A stretch of 64,000 bases of DNA from Verrucomicrobiia bacterium (GCA_963664225.1 OY760937.1:2304001-2368000); one strand, 5' to 3'; shown: positions 9,739 to 21,788, numbered from the stretch's first letter. Numbers and translations are program-made. Notes: generated by a model from the letters alone, not told the origin.

Positions 9739-12700
9739 TTACGGCACGACGCTTACGCGGTAGAATCCCTGGTCGGCGATTTTGTTGACCAGAACCCGCT
9801 TTTGCGTGGTGGTGGCGGTGACATTGGTTTCTGTCTGCCAGGCTCCACCAAGTGCGGTGATGCTCTCAACCTTGTATTGTTTGCCAGGCACAGTTTGGAA
9901 GTACATCGCCAATTGTCCATCGCCTGCAGGAGTTTTATCCCCTTCCATCAATGCATCCAGCCGAGGCACTTGCTCGCATATAAGCGCAGATTGCGCATTG
10001 GTGGGATCCGTCCCAGCCTGCATTTCCTGAAGGTTGTTCAAACCGTCATGGTCGGCGTCATCCGCCTCCGCGCTGGCGGAAGGATATCTATCAAGCAAAC
10101 CAGACGACTTTACCCATTCCTGATAGGTGGGTGGTTGGATCCATAAAGCGGTTGGGCGCCCCGCATAGGTCGTCCCCCAACCTGTGGCGCCAGCGCGATA
10201 ATAAACCGTCACTTTGGTGGCATTATCGAATATGGTGGGAGCTTCAAGCATTGGCGCATTTCCATCAAACAATGCGACGGCCAGGTTTGTGCAGTTGGCG
10301 AATGCAAAGGATCCGATATTCGTGACGCTGTTGGGGATGGTTACATTGGCCAGTCCGGTGCATTTGTAGAATGTAAAGCGAGGAAGCCTGGTGATTCCGC
10401 TGGAAATTATGGCGTTAGTCAGGTTGGTGCATTCAGCGAACGCTGACTGCGACATATTAGTGACGCCTCCGGGAATGGTGATGCCCGCCAGGCCACCGCA
10501 TTTGTTGAAGGCAAATGCCCCGATGCTGGTAACGCTGTTTGGAATTATGAGATTCGTCAGGCCAATGCAACCAGAATACGTCCCATTCCCAATGCTCGTG
10601 ATATTGTCGGGGATTGTGACATTCCCCAGGCTCACGCAATTAGTGAACATGGCATCCGCGAGATTGGTGATGCTTGTCGGAATGTTGACACCCATGAGTC
10701 TGCTGCAACCGTTGAATGCATAAGTTCCTATGTTGGTGACGGTGTTGGGGATCGTGACATTTGTCAGGCTGCCGCATCCGGCAAACGCCTGTATTCCAAT
10801 GGTCGTTGTCCCGATGGGAATGATATATTCTCCAGTCATGCCTAGTGGACCTTGAATCATTTGTGTCAGGCTTTTGTCAAATAGCACTCCGTCCACGCTG
10901 GCGTAGAGTGTGTTCCCCTCGTCCACTGCGATTGCCATAAGGTTACGGCAACCGTTGAACGTATAGAGTCCAATATTAGTCACGCTGGCCGGAATTGTGA
11001 TGGTCGTCAGACCGGTGCAGTTAGCAAAAGCGGAATTCTGAATTGACCTGAGGCCATTTGCCATCACAACATTCGTCAGGCTGATGCAACCATTAAAAGC
11101 ACTGCCACCGATATTGGAAATGCCGAGGGGCAGAATGATCTGCGTAAGTTTTTTGCAGTTGTAGAATGCCTGTCTCCCAAGGTTGGTGACACTGTTTGGA
11201 ATCAGGATACCTGTCAGGTTGTTACAATCTTGGAATGCAGAATCACCAATGCTCGCGGTCTCGTTCGGAATAATGAGAATAGTCAAACCGATGCAACCGT
11301 AGAACGCACCGGTCCCGATGCTGTTGACGCTGTTTGGAATGGTAATCCCCGCCAGATTGGTGCAGCCCAGGAACGTATTATCACCCATGTTGGTAACGCC
11401 ATTGGGGATGACCACATTCGTTAGGCGTATGTTGTATGCGAATGCAGAATTTCCGATTTTGGTGACTTGCTTTCCCTGAATGCTGTCTGGGATGGTAATG
11501 TTCCCGTTCGATCCGGTGTATGAGTTGATTGTCACAAACGAGCCTGATATGCTGTAGGTGTAATCGGTATCAATGGGCTGCTGGTTCCATATTGCCGTTG
11601 GCCGATCTGCAAAGGTGCCGCCCCAACCTATGGTTCCAAGGCGATAATATACGGTCACATTGGTTGCATTAACAAACCAGCCATAATCAGGAGTATATGA
11701 GGGGGCATCGCCTTCGAAATACACGCTCCTCAGACTGGTGCAGGAGGCAAAAACCCCAAATCCAAGGTTCGTAACACTGTTTGGGATCGTAATGCTTGTC
11801 AGGTTGGTGCAGCTCTGAAACGCATAATTCCCGATGCCTGACACACTCATGCCATTGATGGTATTTGTCAGAATCACATTGCCGCCGGGGCCTGTGTATT
11901 TTGTAATTGTGAGAGTGCCGCCAGATATGGAGTACTCGAAATCGCCCTGAACGGGCTGATCGGCCCATAAAGCCGTCGGTTGTCCTGAAAAAGTGGTTTT
12001 CCAACCTTCCGTTCCTGAGCGGTAATACACTGTCGTTTTTGAGCTTGCATCAAATACATCATAGGGCCAGGAAAGTGTCGGAGCGTTTCCCTCGAAATAG
12101 ACACCCGCCAATTGGGTGCAATAAGAGAAGACCGATGCACCGATTAATTTTAAACTTTCAGGGATGATCACACTTTTTAAATGGGTGCAGCTTTGGAACG
12201 CGCCAAATTCAATGTTTGTGACAGTGTTGGGAATCGTGATGTTTGTAATATTACTGCAGGCACTAAACGCAGAAATCCCGATGCTCATGACGCCATTTGG
12301 AATCGTGATATTCGTGAGCCTGCTGCAGTCAGTAAAAGCAGCTTGCCCTATTCTGGTCACACTGTTTGGCAGAGTAATAGCCGAAAGGTTGGAGCATCCC
12401 TTGAAAGAACAATCGTTAATACTTTTAATTCCGTGTGGGATGTTAATGCTTTGGAGGCTGGTACAGTTGTAAAATACATATTCTCCGATTTCGGTAACCC
12501 CGCCTGGGAGGGTGACATGTGTCAGACCTGTGCAACCTCCAAACGCATTATATCCCAAGCGGGCAAGGGTACCAGGCATCTCAATATTTGTCATGACGGT
12601 ATTGCCATAGAACGCACATACTTCAATGTTGGTAACACCATTGGGAACAATGTAGTCCCCAAAGCCAGGTCCTGTATATGCGATAAGCGTTGTCTGATTC

Positions 12701-13614
12701 TTGTCAAATAACACGCCGTCAATACTGCTATACGCCTTATTGAGGGCGTCCACCATGAAGTTTGTCAGGCTATAGCAACCGGCGAAAGCCCCATTGCCAA
12801 TAACCGCAACACTTTTGGGAATCAGGACATTCGTCAGGCCGGTGCATAGTGAAAAAGCCGAACTTCCGATATTGGTGAGGCCATCTGTGAGCGTAACACT
12901 TTTGAGTCTAGTGCATTGATCAAACGCCTGATCCCCGATGCTGGTGGCACTGCCTGGGATTACGACACTGGAAAGTCCGATGCACCTGGCGAACGCCCTA
13001 AATCCTAGATTTGTAACATTGTTGGGGATGTTTATGCTGGTCAGGTTGCTGCACCACGAGAACGCCTCGCTGCCGATATATGTGACACTGTTTGGAACCG
13101 TGATGCTGGTCAGGTTTCCACATACAACGAATGCTGCATCCCCGATTTTACTGATGCCCTCGGGCAAAGTGACACTAGTCAGATTGCTGCAGCAAGCGAA
13201 TATATAATTTCCGATATTGGTGACGCTGGTGGGGATTACGATCTCTGTCAGCGACACGCAATCTCGGAACGCACCTTCATCGATGTTCCTGACACTGTTG
13301 GGGATCGTAACGCTCGTAATGTTGCTGCAACCTGAGAAAGCGTAATAACTGATATTGACAATTGGTTTGTCCAGGATGGTGTCTGGTATGGCAACATTGC
13401 CGCCGGGACCGGTGTATCGCGTGATGGTAATAAATGAGTCGTCTGTCGAAAAAGTGTAGTCACCCAACGTCTCCGCTCGGCCTATCGTCAAAAAAACTGA
13501 TAAAACCAGGAACAGTGGGATGAGGCTCCATCGTAAAACGGATGGGTGTTGGATGATTTGAAACGTTTTCAAACGTGAAATTGCCGCCAGGATAACCGTG
13601 AAAAGTCTGTTCAT
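9739..13614 (-). CDS. BspA-type leucine-rich-repeat (LRR_5) surface protein
   Basis: Many C..LT.ITIPNSVT.IG..AF repeats in three modules; C-terminal DADHDGLNNLQEMQAGTDP and ...GFYRV; visibly more AT-rich than flanking core genes. Confidence 0.92.
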   Translation of the reverse strand: MNRLFTVILAAISRLKTFQIIQHPSVLRWSLIPLFLVLSVFLTIGRAETLGDYTFSTDDSFITITRYTGPGGNVAIPDTILDKPIVNISYYAFSGCSNITSVTIPNSVRNIDEGAFRDCVSLTEIVIPTSVTNIGNYIFACCSNLTSVTLPEGISKIGDAAFVVCGNLTSITVPNSVTYIGSEAFSWCSNLTSINIPNNVTNLGFRAFARCIGLSSVVIPGSATSIGDQAFDQCTRLKSVTLTDGLTNIGSSAFSLCTGLTNVLIPKSVAVIGNGAFAGCYSLTNFMVDALNKAYSSIDGVLFDKNQTTLIAYTGPGFGDYIVPNGVTNIEVCAFYGNTVMTNIEMPGTLARLGYNAFGGCTGLTHVTLPGGVTEIGEYVFYNCTSLQSINIPHGIKSINDCSFKGCSNLSAITLPNSVTRIGQAAFTDCSRLTNITIPNGVMSIGISAFSACSNITNITIPNTVTNIEFGAFQSCTHLKSVIIPESLKLIGASVFSYCTQLAGVYFEGNAPTLSWPYDVFDASSKTTVYYRSGTEGWKTTFSGQPTALWADQPVQGDFEYSISGGTLTITKYTGPGGNVILTNTINGMSVSGIGNYAFQSCTNLTSITIPNSVTNLGFGVFASCTSLRSVYFEGDAPSYTPDYGWFVNATNVTVYYRLGTIGWGGTFADRPTAIWNQQPIDTDYTYSISGSFVTINSYTGSNGNITIPDSIQGKQVTKIGNSAFAYNIRLTNVVIPNGVTNMGDNTFLGCTNLAGITIPNSVNSIGTGAFYGCIGLTILIIPNETASIGDSAFQDCNNLTGILIPNSVTNLGRQAFYNCKKLTQIILPLGISNIGGSAFNGCISLTNVVMANGLRSIQNSAFANCTGLTTITIPASVTNIGLYTFNGCRNLMAIAVDEGNTLYASVDGVLFDKSLTQMIQGPLGMTGEYIIPIGTTTIGIQAFAGCGSLTNVTIPNTVTNIGTYAFNGCSRLMGVNIPTSITNLADAMFTNCVSLGNVTIPDNITSIGNGTYSGCIGLTNLIIPNSVTSIGAFAFNKCGGLAGITIPGGVTNMSQSAFAECTNLTNAIISSGITRLPRFTFYKCTGLANVTIPNSVTNIGSFAFANCTNLAVALFDGNAPMLEAPTIFDNATKVTVYYRAGATGWGTTYAGRPTALWIQPPTYQEWVKSSGLLDRYPSASAEADDADHDGLNNLQEMQAGTDPTNAQSALICEQVPRLDALMEGDKTPAGDGQLAMYFQTVPGKQYKVESITALGGAWQTETNVTATTTQKRVLVNKIADQGFYRVSVVP

Positions 13615-14271
13615 AATTACGAATTCGTTATCATTGTCATTGTTTATGCAATGAAATATTGAAGCTCCTCGGGACCCCGTTTCCCAATAACACCTCGCAC
13701 TAGCCTTTGTCCATTGCATTGGCAACCATGCCCTCCGACGGGCCCATTGAACCCTGCGGAGGGTTACCAGCAACAATCATGCCGTTTTATGCGCTCCGAT
13801 CCCCTTGGTTCCTGTGTGTTCACAGGCACACCTATCCGGTGTAAAAAGCTTGCTTTATCTGAAAAAAAACGCAAGTCACTGTAGAAGAATATGTTACCGG
13901 GTATGTGCGCCATCACAGGTCGGAACAAAAGCAATGTGTTTTCACGTTCATAATCAATGGATTGAAACATTTTATGGATGGGTACATGTGAAGTTCAAAT
14001 AATGTTGTAATACATTTATCACCAATATAATACACTCACATAAAAGTTTTTGTTAATGCGGTAAATGTCGTTTAAGGAAAGGTGTGGAAACGCGGCAGAC
14101 CCGGCGTGAATCACACTTCCGATGGAAGGGCTTGGTGAATACCGCCAAAATTCGTTTATTTGGATGCTGTTTCCTTTTTTGTGGAATTTTGCGTCACACT
14201 CACGCGCTTAATTGGGTTTAATGCAGGGCATTCGCCAGAAATGCCGCTGCGGCTGAAGAGGTTGCCGCAGT

Positions 14272-15729
14272 TCAAGTCAGCGCCGCATCCTGTAATCTCG
14301 GTTGAGGGATTTCCGGAGGCTGGATCGGAGTGGCGGGCGTGTTCAATGGGAGGCTGATGGTGAAGAGTGAGCCTTTCTGAGGTTCGCTCGAAACGGTGAC
14401 TTTCCCTCGATGGGCTTCGACCACTGCCTTGACCAGACTGAGGCCCAGACCGAGACCTTTTTGCGCGCGGCTTTTGTCCCCACGATAGAGCCGATCCCAG
14501 ATGCGGGGTTGATCTTCGGGCAAAATCCCCATGCCGTTATCGAGAACCTGAATGACGGCCTGGTCACCATCGACGCCGACTGTTACATCCACCCGACCCC
14601 CTTCCGGCGTGTATTTGATGGCGTTATCGACGAGATTGGCCAGGGCTTGCTGAATGCGGACACGGTCGGCATTCAGAGCCACGGGCGCGGAAGCATTCTG
14701 CAAAAGAGTGACTTTTTTCTCTTCGGCGACAATGGAGTAAAGTTCGAGAACATCGCCCGCCAGCGCCGTCAGGTCAAAAGTGGAGAGGTTGATCTTCATG
14801 GTGCCGGTTTCGGCTTCCGAGATGTCCATGAGGGTCTTGAGCATGGTCAGAACGCGCTCGGATTCCTCCATGGAATCCGCCAGGGCCTCGCGGCAGGCTG
14901 CGGCGTCATCGGGAGTTTGCAATGCCATTTCAGCCGTTCCACGCAAACGCGCCATGGGGGTGCGCAAGTCATGCGCCACGTTGTCGAGGGCCTCACGCAT
15001 TCCGCGTATCAATGTCTCGTTTTTTTCGAGAACGCGGTTGAACAAGGTGACCAATTCATCCAACTCGTCCCCGGTCTGCCGGGAAGGAACGCGAGCGGTC
15101 ATTCGACCGGTTTCAATGATCGAACGGGCGGTCTGGATCAACTGGCGCACGGGATGCAGCGCGCGATAAGTCAGCCATGCGCCAGCGCCAAAACCGATGA
15201 GCACCACGCCCAAGAGGACCACGCCGAAGACAAGTCGAAAGCGCGCAAGCAGGATCTGGGAGTTCTCCAGGCTTTTGCCCACTTGTATGAAACTGCCGTC
15301 GCGCATCGGCGCGGTCATGATGATCCAGCGGGAGTCCTCGCGGTCGCCGCGCACCACCAGCCAGGGCTGGTTTTGCTGGATAGCCTGGGCGGACTTCAGA
15401 TCAAAGCCCTTCCAGTCCTCGGGAATGTTCATGAACGTGGCGGTGTTTCCCCATCCAGTCACGCGGATGAAGAAGGCGTTTTTGTCGTTCACGCGGGCGG
15501 TGAGAAACCGCTGGCGCAGAAGAGGCAGGCCGCCGCTTTCGTACCAGGCGCGGTATTCCTCCACACGGGCGCGAATGACCTCTTTTTCGTTTTGCTGAAT
15601 GAGTTCCGCGAGCACCACGTAGGCGAGCAGAAACAACGCCAGGGAGGCCGCCATGAAGATCGCGGCGTACCATAGATTCAGACGCAGGCTGAAGCTGCGT
15701 CCGGCGCGTTCAACATGGCTTGAGGACAT
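14272..15729 (-). CDS. HAMP-domain sensor histidine kinase (CusS/CopS-like)
   Basis: Two TM segments, HAMP, H-box [30 protein letters not shown]. Confidence 0.92.
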   Translation of the reverse strand: MSSSHVERAGRSFSLRLNLWYAAIFMAASLALFLLAYVVLAELIQQNEKEVIRARVEEYRAWYESGGLPLLRQRFLTARVNDKNAFFIRVTGWGNTATFMNIPEDWKGFDLKSAQAIQQNQPWLVVRGDREDSRWIIMTAPMRDGSFIQVGKSLENSQILLARFRLVFGVVLLGVVLIGFGAGAWLTYRALHPVRQLIQTARSIIETGRMTARVPSRQTGDELDELVTLFNRVLEKNETLIRGMREALDNVAHDLRTPMARLRGTAEMALQTPDDAAACREALADSMEESERVLTMLKTLMDISEAETGTMKINLSTFDLTALAGDVLELYSIVAEEKKVTLLQNASAPVALNADRVRIQQALANLVDNAIKYTPEGGRVDVTVGVDGDQAVIQVLDNGMGILPEDQPRIWDRLYRGDKSRAQKGLGLGLSLVKAVVEAHRGKVTVSSEPQKGSLFTISLPLNTPATPIQPPEIPQPRLQDAALT

Positions 15730-16384
15730 AGCCAACCCCGCGGACGGTATGAATCATTTTGTTTTCGAAATCGCGATCGATTTTATTGCGCAACCGGCAG
15801 ACCAGCACATCCACCACGTTGGTCTGGGGATCGAAGCTGTAGTCCCAGACATGTTCGAGAATAAGGGTCTTGGAAACCAAACGGCCCGCATTGCGCGCCA
15901 GGTAATCCAACAGGGCGAATTCGCGCGCCTGCAGTTCCACGGCGCGCCCGGCGCGTGTGACTTCGCGCGTGACCATGTTCAAAGTCAGGTCCCCGACGGT
16001 CAGCGTGGTGGGTTCCGTGGCATTGCTCGCGCGGCGGATCAGGGCTTGAACGCGCGCGAGCAGTTCGCTGAAGGCAAAGGGTTTGACCAGGTAATCGTCC
16101 CCGCCGGATTGAAGACCCTTGATCCGATCGTCCACGCTGGCCCGCGCGCTGAGGAAAATGACCGGGATGTTTATTTTATGTGAACGCAGTTCCTGCACCA
16201 CGCTCAGGCCGTCCTTGCCGGGCAGCATGATATCGACGACCGCTGCATCGTAAGGCGCGCCCTGGGCCATGGCCAAACCTTCCTCCCCGTCGGGGGCGTG
16301 GTCCACCGCAAAACCGTTTTCCTTGAGTCCCTTGACTACAAACGAAGCGATCTTACGGTCATCCTCTATTACAAGAAGTCGCAT
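15710..16384 (-). CDS. OmpR-family response regulator (CusR/CopR-like)
   Basis: MRLLVIEDD...DDYLVKPF...[15 protein letters not shown]...HTVRGVGY. Confidence 0.93.
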   Translation of the reverse strand: MRLLVIEDDRKIASFVVKGLKENGFAVDHAPDGEEGLAMAQGAPYDAAVVDIMLPGKDGLSVVQELRSHKINIPVIFLSARASVDDRIKGLQSGGDDYLVKPFAFSELLARVQALIRRASNATEPTTLTVGDLTLNMVTREVTRAGRAVELQAREFALLDYLARNAGRLVSKTLILEHVWDYSFDPQTNVVDVLVCRLRNKIDRDFENKMIHTVRGVGYVLKPC

Positions 16385-16430
16385 GTCCATCATGCTTCAA
16401 TCCTTTAACGTTTCCGTCAAGTCATGCCCT

Positions 16431-16468
16431 TAAAAATTGAAGCGGCGGGAAACCACACCCGCCGCTTC
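16431..16468 (-). terminator. Hairpin/intrinsic terminator downstream of degQ
   Basis: GAAGCGGCGGG-N8-CCCGCCGCTTC followed by AATTTTT on the minus strand. Confidence 0.6.
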
Positions 16469-16539
16469 GTCCCGGTCACTCAACCAAGGCAGTCATTAAC
16501 CACTGACTGAAAAGTGAATATCAAATGACCGGCGTCGAT

Positions 16540-18045
16540 TTATTTCTTTTTGCTTTCATCGACCACGATGAAACGCATGCCACCCCGGCTGAAGACGCGC
16601 AGGAGGATTTGTTTGGATTTGATGTGTTTGCTGATCTCGACGGCGGTTTCCGCGTCCTTGACCGGCTGATGATTGATCTCGACCACCACATCGCCTTCGC
16701 GCAATCCGGCCTCATACGCCGGTGTGGAGGGATCCAACTCGGTGATCACCGCACCCTGAAGACGAGGAGGCAGATTAAGCTCCTGACGGATGCCCGGAGT
16801 GATATCACCGACCGTAACTCCATTCAACGCGTCGCTCTCCTCGGCATCCTGATCAGGCTTGCCGCTGCCCAGACTGGCCTGGTCCTCGCTGGGCATGGCC
16901 TTAAGAACCACGTCGAATGACTTCTCCGAACCCTGACGCAGAACCTTTACAGACACCTTCGTTCCGGGTGCCAGCTGACTGACGATGAGTTGGAGATTGC
17001 GTCTATCGGCCACGGTTTTGCCATTGAGCTCGATGATGACATCGCCAATTTTAATGCCGGCTTCGCCCGCTGCGCTCTTCTCGGTGACATCGCCCACGAG
17101 GGCGCCACCGGATTCGGGAACTTTGAATTCCCTGGCCAGAGCCGGAGTGATGTCTTGAATAGCCACACCCAAAAATCCGCGTTCGACACGGCCATTTTTG
17201 AGCAGGCTGTCCATCACGTTCTTGGCGAGATTGATGGGAACCGCGAAGCCGACGCCCTGATTGCCACCGGTACGGCTGAGGATGGCGGTGTTGATACCGA
17301 TCACGCGGCCTTCGGCGTCCACGAGAGCCCCGCCGGAGTTTCCGGGATTGATGGCCGCATCGGTCTGGATGAAGTCCTCGTAGGCTTCAATGCCCATCCC
17401 CCCCCGGCCCATGGCGCTGACAATGCCCATGGTCACGGACCGGGCCAGGCCGAAGGGGCTGCCGATGGCCAGAACCACATCGCCCACCTCCACCTGGTCG
17501 CTATTGGCCAGTGTGGCGAATGGGAGATCCTTGCCATTGATTTTCACAATGGCGATATCGGTCTTGGGATCACGCCCCACAATCTTGGCGTCCAACTCGG
17601 TCTTTTTATCCGAGAGAGTGACTTTGATTTCGTCCGCACCGTCCACCACATGGTTATTGGTGATGATATAGCCATCCTTGGTAACGATAATGCCAGATCC
17701 CAGGCTGTTCTCCTTCTGGGTGCGCGGCATGGCCTGGCCCCGTCCTTCGAATTGATCGCCGAAAAATCGGCGGAACATCGGATCCTCGAACGGACTCATA
17801 AATTGCCGCCTTGGATCGAGTTTGATGGTCTTGGTCGTGGAAATGTTGACCACGCTGGGCGCGGCCTTTTTAACCACGTTTGCATAACTGGCGGTGAAAT
17901 GGCCGGTACGGGCGATGGGTGCATCGTCGGTTTTGATGTCAGCGGAGGGCCAGTCCAGCGCGCGGCTGCTGGCCACCATGCCAAATACGACGCCAGCCAG
18001 GATTAACGCGGCGGGCGCCATGGTTTTAAGGAGTCGATTTTTCAT
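16540..18045 (-). CDS. degQ: Do/DegQ family periplasmic serine endoprotease (trypsin + 2 PDZ)
   Basis: TNNHVV, DIA, IQTDAAINPGNSGG, two PDZ domains, signal peptide. Confidence 0.92.
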   Translation of the reverse strand: MKNRLLKTMAPAALILAGVVFGMVASSRALDWPSADIKTDDAPIARTGHFTASYANVVKKAAPSVVNISTTKTIKLDPRRQFMSPFEDPMFRRFFGDQFEGRGQAMPRTQKENSLGSGIIVTKDGYIITNNHVVDGADEIKVTLSDKKTELDAKIVGRDPKTDIAIVKINGKDLPFATLANSDQVEVGDVVLAIGSPFGLARSVTMGIVSAMGRGGMGIEAYEDFIQTDAAINPGNSGGALVDAEGRVIGINTAILSRTGGNQGVGFAVPINLAKNVMDSLLKNGRVERGFLGVAIQDITPALAREFKVPESGGALVGDVTEKSAAGEAGIKIGDVIIELNGKTVADRRNLQLIVSQLAPGTKVSVKVLRQGSEKSFDVVLKAMPSEDQASLGSGKPDQDAEESDALNGVTVGDITPGIRQELNLPPRLQGAVITELDPSTPAYEAGLREGDVVVEINHQPVKDAETAVEISKHIKSKQILLRVFSRGGMRFIVVDESKKK

Positions 18046-18154
18046 AACGTATGTTTCTTAAATGTATCAAAGCTTTCCGGCATTCAGCCTTGCTGCCTTT
18101 GGCCGGTCACGAAATCACTATCGCACAGAACCCTTAACCCTTCCTTTCTGGAAC

Positions 18155-18170
18155 ATTACAATAATGTAAG
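18155..18170 (-). promoter_or_regulatory. Putative CopR/CusR-type binding box
   Basis: Minus strand CTTACA-TTAT-TGTAAT inverted repeat about 110 bp upstream of degQ. Confidence 0.5.
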
Positions 18171-18362
18171 AGAAACAAAAAAATGGCGAAAGAACTGATT
18201 TGCGATGCAATCCATTCATTACCAGAATAATGCATTTGTTTTCACAGGGCATCCAAGGGTTTGGCAACTGAACTAACACCCAAATTAGTGTCCAAAATAG
18301 CTTTACACCCTCCATGGTTGCCCATAAATTGACCTGACGATTAAAGAAGAATGTTAGGGAAT

Positions 18363-18626
18363 ATGGAAGCAAACGCGAAAGCAAAGCAGATTGTAGATTA
18401 TCGGATTCATGAGCGCGACACCGGTTCGGCCGATGTCCAGATAGCGCTGTTGACCCAACGGATCAATCACTTGACCGAGCACCTGCAACAAAATAAGAAA
18501 GATCACGGTTCGCGCCGTGGTCTGATCATGATGGTGGGCCAGCGGCGGAAATTGCTGGATTATCTGCATCGTACCGATGCCCCCCGCTATCATACGATCA
18601 CAAAGAAGTTAAAGCTTCGTAAATAG
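18363..18626 (+). CDS. rpsO: 30S ribosomal protein S15
   Basis: [22 protein letters not shown]...[16 protein letters not shown]; upstream of pnp. Confidence 0.96.
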   Translation: MEANAKAKQIVDYRIHERDTGSADVQIALLTQRINHLTEHLQQNKKDHGSRRGLIMMVGQRRKLLDYLHRTDAPRYHTITKKLKLRK

Positions 18627-18869
18627 GTTTTCATAAGCCGTCTGTGTGTGCATCTGGATTCTCTCCCGGTGTTGCGGAGACGGTTTTCCTTGTTTTTCTC
18701 TAATCAATGGCCCTGACAGGATGCGTGTTGGGTGTAATCCATTATGCGGTTCAAACGCATCAAAACAAGCGAAGGACCACTGACTCGGGGAAATTTCATT
18801 CAGCACCAGCAAAAACCGGTATTGAATGAAGTTCCTCCGCGTTTGTGGCATTAGAAAGAAGAGAATAGT

Positions 18870-21788
18870 ATGATAGCAAGAGCCACGGCCCAAGTTGGAG
18901 GAGGCCAGATATTAATCGAAACCGGCAAAATTGCAAAACAGGCTGACGGTTCCGTCACCGTGCAATTGGGTGAAACCATCGTCATCGTAGCGGCCGTCGC
19001 CGCTGTAAAAGCCAAACCCGGCCAGGAATTTTTCCCCTTAACTGTCGATTACCGCGAAAAAGCGGCCGCAGCAGGCAAATTTCCCGGCGGCTATTTCAAA
19101 CGGGAAGGTCGTCCCACAGAGAAGGAAATTTTAACCTGCCGCCTCATCGACCGTCCGATCCGCCCCCTATTCCCCCATCATTGGTTCAACGAAGTGCAGG
19201 TGCAGAGCATCGTGTTGAGCGCCGATGGCGAGAACGATCCCGATATGCTGGCACTCGTCGGAGCTTCGGCTGCATTGTGCCTGAGCGACATCCCCTGGGC
19301 GGGTCCCCTGGGCAGTGTGCGCGTGGGACGCGTGGGCGGCAATTTCATTGCCTTCCCGACGCATACCCAGATGCTGGAAAGCGATCTGGACCTGGTCTAT
19401 GTGGGCAGCGAAAAAGAAATGCTCATGTTCGAAGGCAGCGCCAAGGAAATTCCTGAAGCGGATTTCAAGGCCGCCCTGCAATTCGCCCAAGAGAGCATCC
19501 AACCCATCATTGCGGCCCAGAAGGAATTGGTCGCCACCGCCGGCAGAGCCAAACGCAAAATCACCCTCACCGGTCCCGGCCAGGAAATGATCAGCGCGGC
19601 CAAAGCATTGGCGGGCGATCGCCTTGTGCCGGCCCTCCTGACCCCGGACAAAATGGAGCGCGAAGACGCTTGTGGGACCCTGGCCACGGAGATTGGCGCG
19701 AAATTGGTTGAGAAATTCGGCGCGGAAAAAGCCACGGACTCCTGCGTTAAAGAGATTTTCTACACCCTCCAGAAGGAAGCGGTTCGGAGCCTTATCCTCC
19801 AGCAGGGCAAACGCCTTGATGGCCGTGGATTTGAAGATATCCGCCCCATCTCGGGCGAAGTGGGCGTGTTCCCCCGGGCTCATGGCTCGGCGGTGTTCAC
19901 GCGCGGTGAAACCCAGGCGGCCACACTAGTCACCCTGGGCACTTCGGAAGACGCCCAGGAATTTGATTCCTACACCGGTGGCGCCACCGAAAAGAAGTTC
20001 ATCCTTCATTATAATTTTCCGAACTTCTCCGTGGGAGAAACCGGACGCATCAGCGGCCCCGGCCGTCGCGAGATCGGCCACGGCGCATTGGCGGAACGCT
20101 CCATCGAACCGATGCTCCCGCTCAAGGAGTTCCCTTATGCGGTGCGTGTGACCTGCGAAATCATGGAGTCCAACGGATCCAGCTCCATGGCCTCCGTTTG
20201 CGGCGGCACGCTGGCTCTTATGGATGCGGGTGTTCCGATGATCCGCCCTGTGGCGGGCATCAGCGTGGGCCTGTGCACCGAATTCGGCGCAGACGACCAG
20301 ATCAAGAAATACGAGCTTTTGACCGACATCATCGGTTGGGAAGACGCTTACTGCGACATGGACTGCAAGATCGCGGGAACCGTCAACGGCATCACCGGCT
20401 TCCAGCTCGACCTCAAGCTTGCGGGTCTCCCGATGGCTTTGATGAGCGAGGCCATTGACAAGGCTTACAAGGCCCGTCTGAACATTCTCGAGACCATGGC
20501 CAAAACCCTGGCCGCGCCCCGTGCCGAACTGAGCAAGTACGCTCCGCGCATCGTGACGGTCAAGATCAACCCCGAGAAGATCGGCGCCCTCATTGGGCCT
20601 GGCGGCAAGAACATCAAGCGCATCGTCGAGGAATCCGGTTGCGAGATCAACATCGAGGACGACGGCACGGTGAATATTTATTCCGTGAGCGAAGCCGGCA
20701 TGGCCAAGGCCCGCCAGGAGATCGAGGGCATGACCGCCCAGATCGAAGTCGGCAAGATCTATCGTGGCCGCGTTGTCACCATCAAGGAATTCGGCTGCTT
20801 TGTCGAAGTGTTCCCGGGCCAGGACGGCCTGGTCCACATCAGCGAGCTGGCCAATTTCCGCGTCAAACAGGCCGAAGACATCGTCAAAATGGGCGATGAA
20901 ATCTGGGTCAAATGCATTGGTGTCGATGAAAAGGGCCGCGTCCGCCTCTCCCGCAAAGCCGCCATGGCCGAGCGTGATCAACTGGCCGGTGAAGAAGCTC
21001 CCAAAGCTCCTGAAGCCGCAGTCGAAGTCGATGTCGAGGCTGATGTTGAAGAAGATCAACCCGAAGAAATCCAGCCGGAACGCCCGGTGGAACGTCTCGA
21101 ACGCCCTGAGCGTGCTGAACGTCTTGAGCGCCCTGAGCGGACCGAACGGCCTGAGCCGCGCGGCGAGCGCTGCCCCGATCGCGCTCCTGAACGCACCGCC
21201 GAGCGTCCCGCACCACGTTCTTCTGAGCGCGCCCCTGAGCGTCGTGGAGATCGCGGCGAACGCCGTTTCGATCGCGCCCCTGAACGGGGTTCCGGTCGTG
21301 GTTCCGAGCGTTTTTCGGATCGCGCCCCTGAACGGGGTTCAGACCGTACTGAACGTTCCCCTGAACGCGGAAGCGAACGGGCTCCTGAACGGTCTTTCGA
21401 TCGCGCCCCCGAACGTGGCAATGAGCGCCTCCCTGAACGCGCCCCTGAGCGCCGTGGTGAAAGGTCTTCGGATCGCGACTCCGGTCGTGGTTATTCGGAT
21501 CGTCCTGAACGCGGCAACGAACGGTATCCTGAGCGCAGTTCCGACCGTCCAGAACGGGGCAATGAACGCCTCCCTGAACGCGCCCCCGAGCGCGCTCCCG
21601 AGCGCCGTGGCGAAAGGTCCTCGGATCGCGACTCCGGTCGTGGTTATTCCCGCGGCTCCGATCGCTTTGCCGATCGTGGTGGCGAACGCAACCCGGATCG
21701 CGCACCCGAACGGAGTTCGGACCGCCCCGAGCGTGGTAACGAACGCAACCCGGATCGGGATTCAGGTCGCGACAGCGATCTGAGATAA
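18870..21788 (+). CDS. pnp: Polyribonucleotide nucleotidyltransferase with long repetitive C-terminal extension
   Basis: [36 protein letters not shown] (IGPGGKNIK) and S1 domains, then about 270 aa of ER/DR/PER repeats. Confidence 0.96.
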   Translation: MIARATAQVGGGQILIETGKIAKQADGSVTVQLGETIVIVAAVAAVKAKPGQEFFPLTVDYREKAAAAGKFPGGYFKREGRPTEKEILTCRLIDRPIRPLFPHHWFNEVQVQSIVLSADGENDPDMLALVGASAALCLSDIPWAGPLGSVRVGRVGGNFIAFPTHTQMLESDLDLVYVGSEKEMLMFEGSAKEIPEADFKAALQFAQESIQPIIAAQKELVATAGRAKRKITLTGPGQEMISAAKALAGDRLVPALLTPDKMEREDACGTLATEIGAKLVEKFGAEKATDSCVKEIFYTLQKEAVRSLILQQGKRLDGRGFEDIRPISGEVGVFPRAHGSAVFTRGETQAATLVTLGTSEDAQEFDSYTGGATEKKFILHYNFPNFSVGETGRISGPGRREIGHGALAERSIEPMLPLKEFPYAVRVTCEIMESNGSSSMASVCGGTLALMDAGVPMIRPVAGISVGLCTEFGADDQIKKYELLTDIIGWEDAYCDMDCKIAGTVNGITGFQLDLKLAGLPMALMSEAIDKAYKARLNILETMAKTLAAPRAELSKYAPRIVTVKINPEKIGALIGPGGKNIKRIVEESGCEINIEDDGTVNIYSVSEAGMAKARQEIEGMTAQIEVGKIYRGRVVTIKEFGCFVEVFPGQDGLVHISELANFRVKQAEDIVKMGDEIWVKCIGVDEKGRVRLSRKAAMAERDQLAGEEAPKAPEAAVEVDVEADVEEDQPEEIQPERPVERLERPERAERLERPERTERPEPRGERCPDRAPERTAERPAPRSSERAPERRGDRGERRFDRAPERGSGRGSERFSDRAPERGSDRTERSPERGSERAPERSFDRAPERGNERLPERAPERRGERSSDRDSGRGYSDRPERGNERYPERSSDRPERGNERLPERAPERAPERRGERSSDRDSGRGYSRGSDRFADRGGERNPDRAPERSSDRPERGNERNPDRDSGRDSDLR

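Noticed and set aside
21060..21785. Tandem repeats as a non-coding array or separate overlapping ORFs
   Set aside because: They lie in frame inside pnp and vary mostly at third codon positions.
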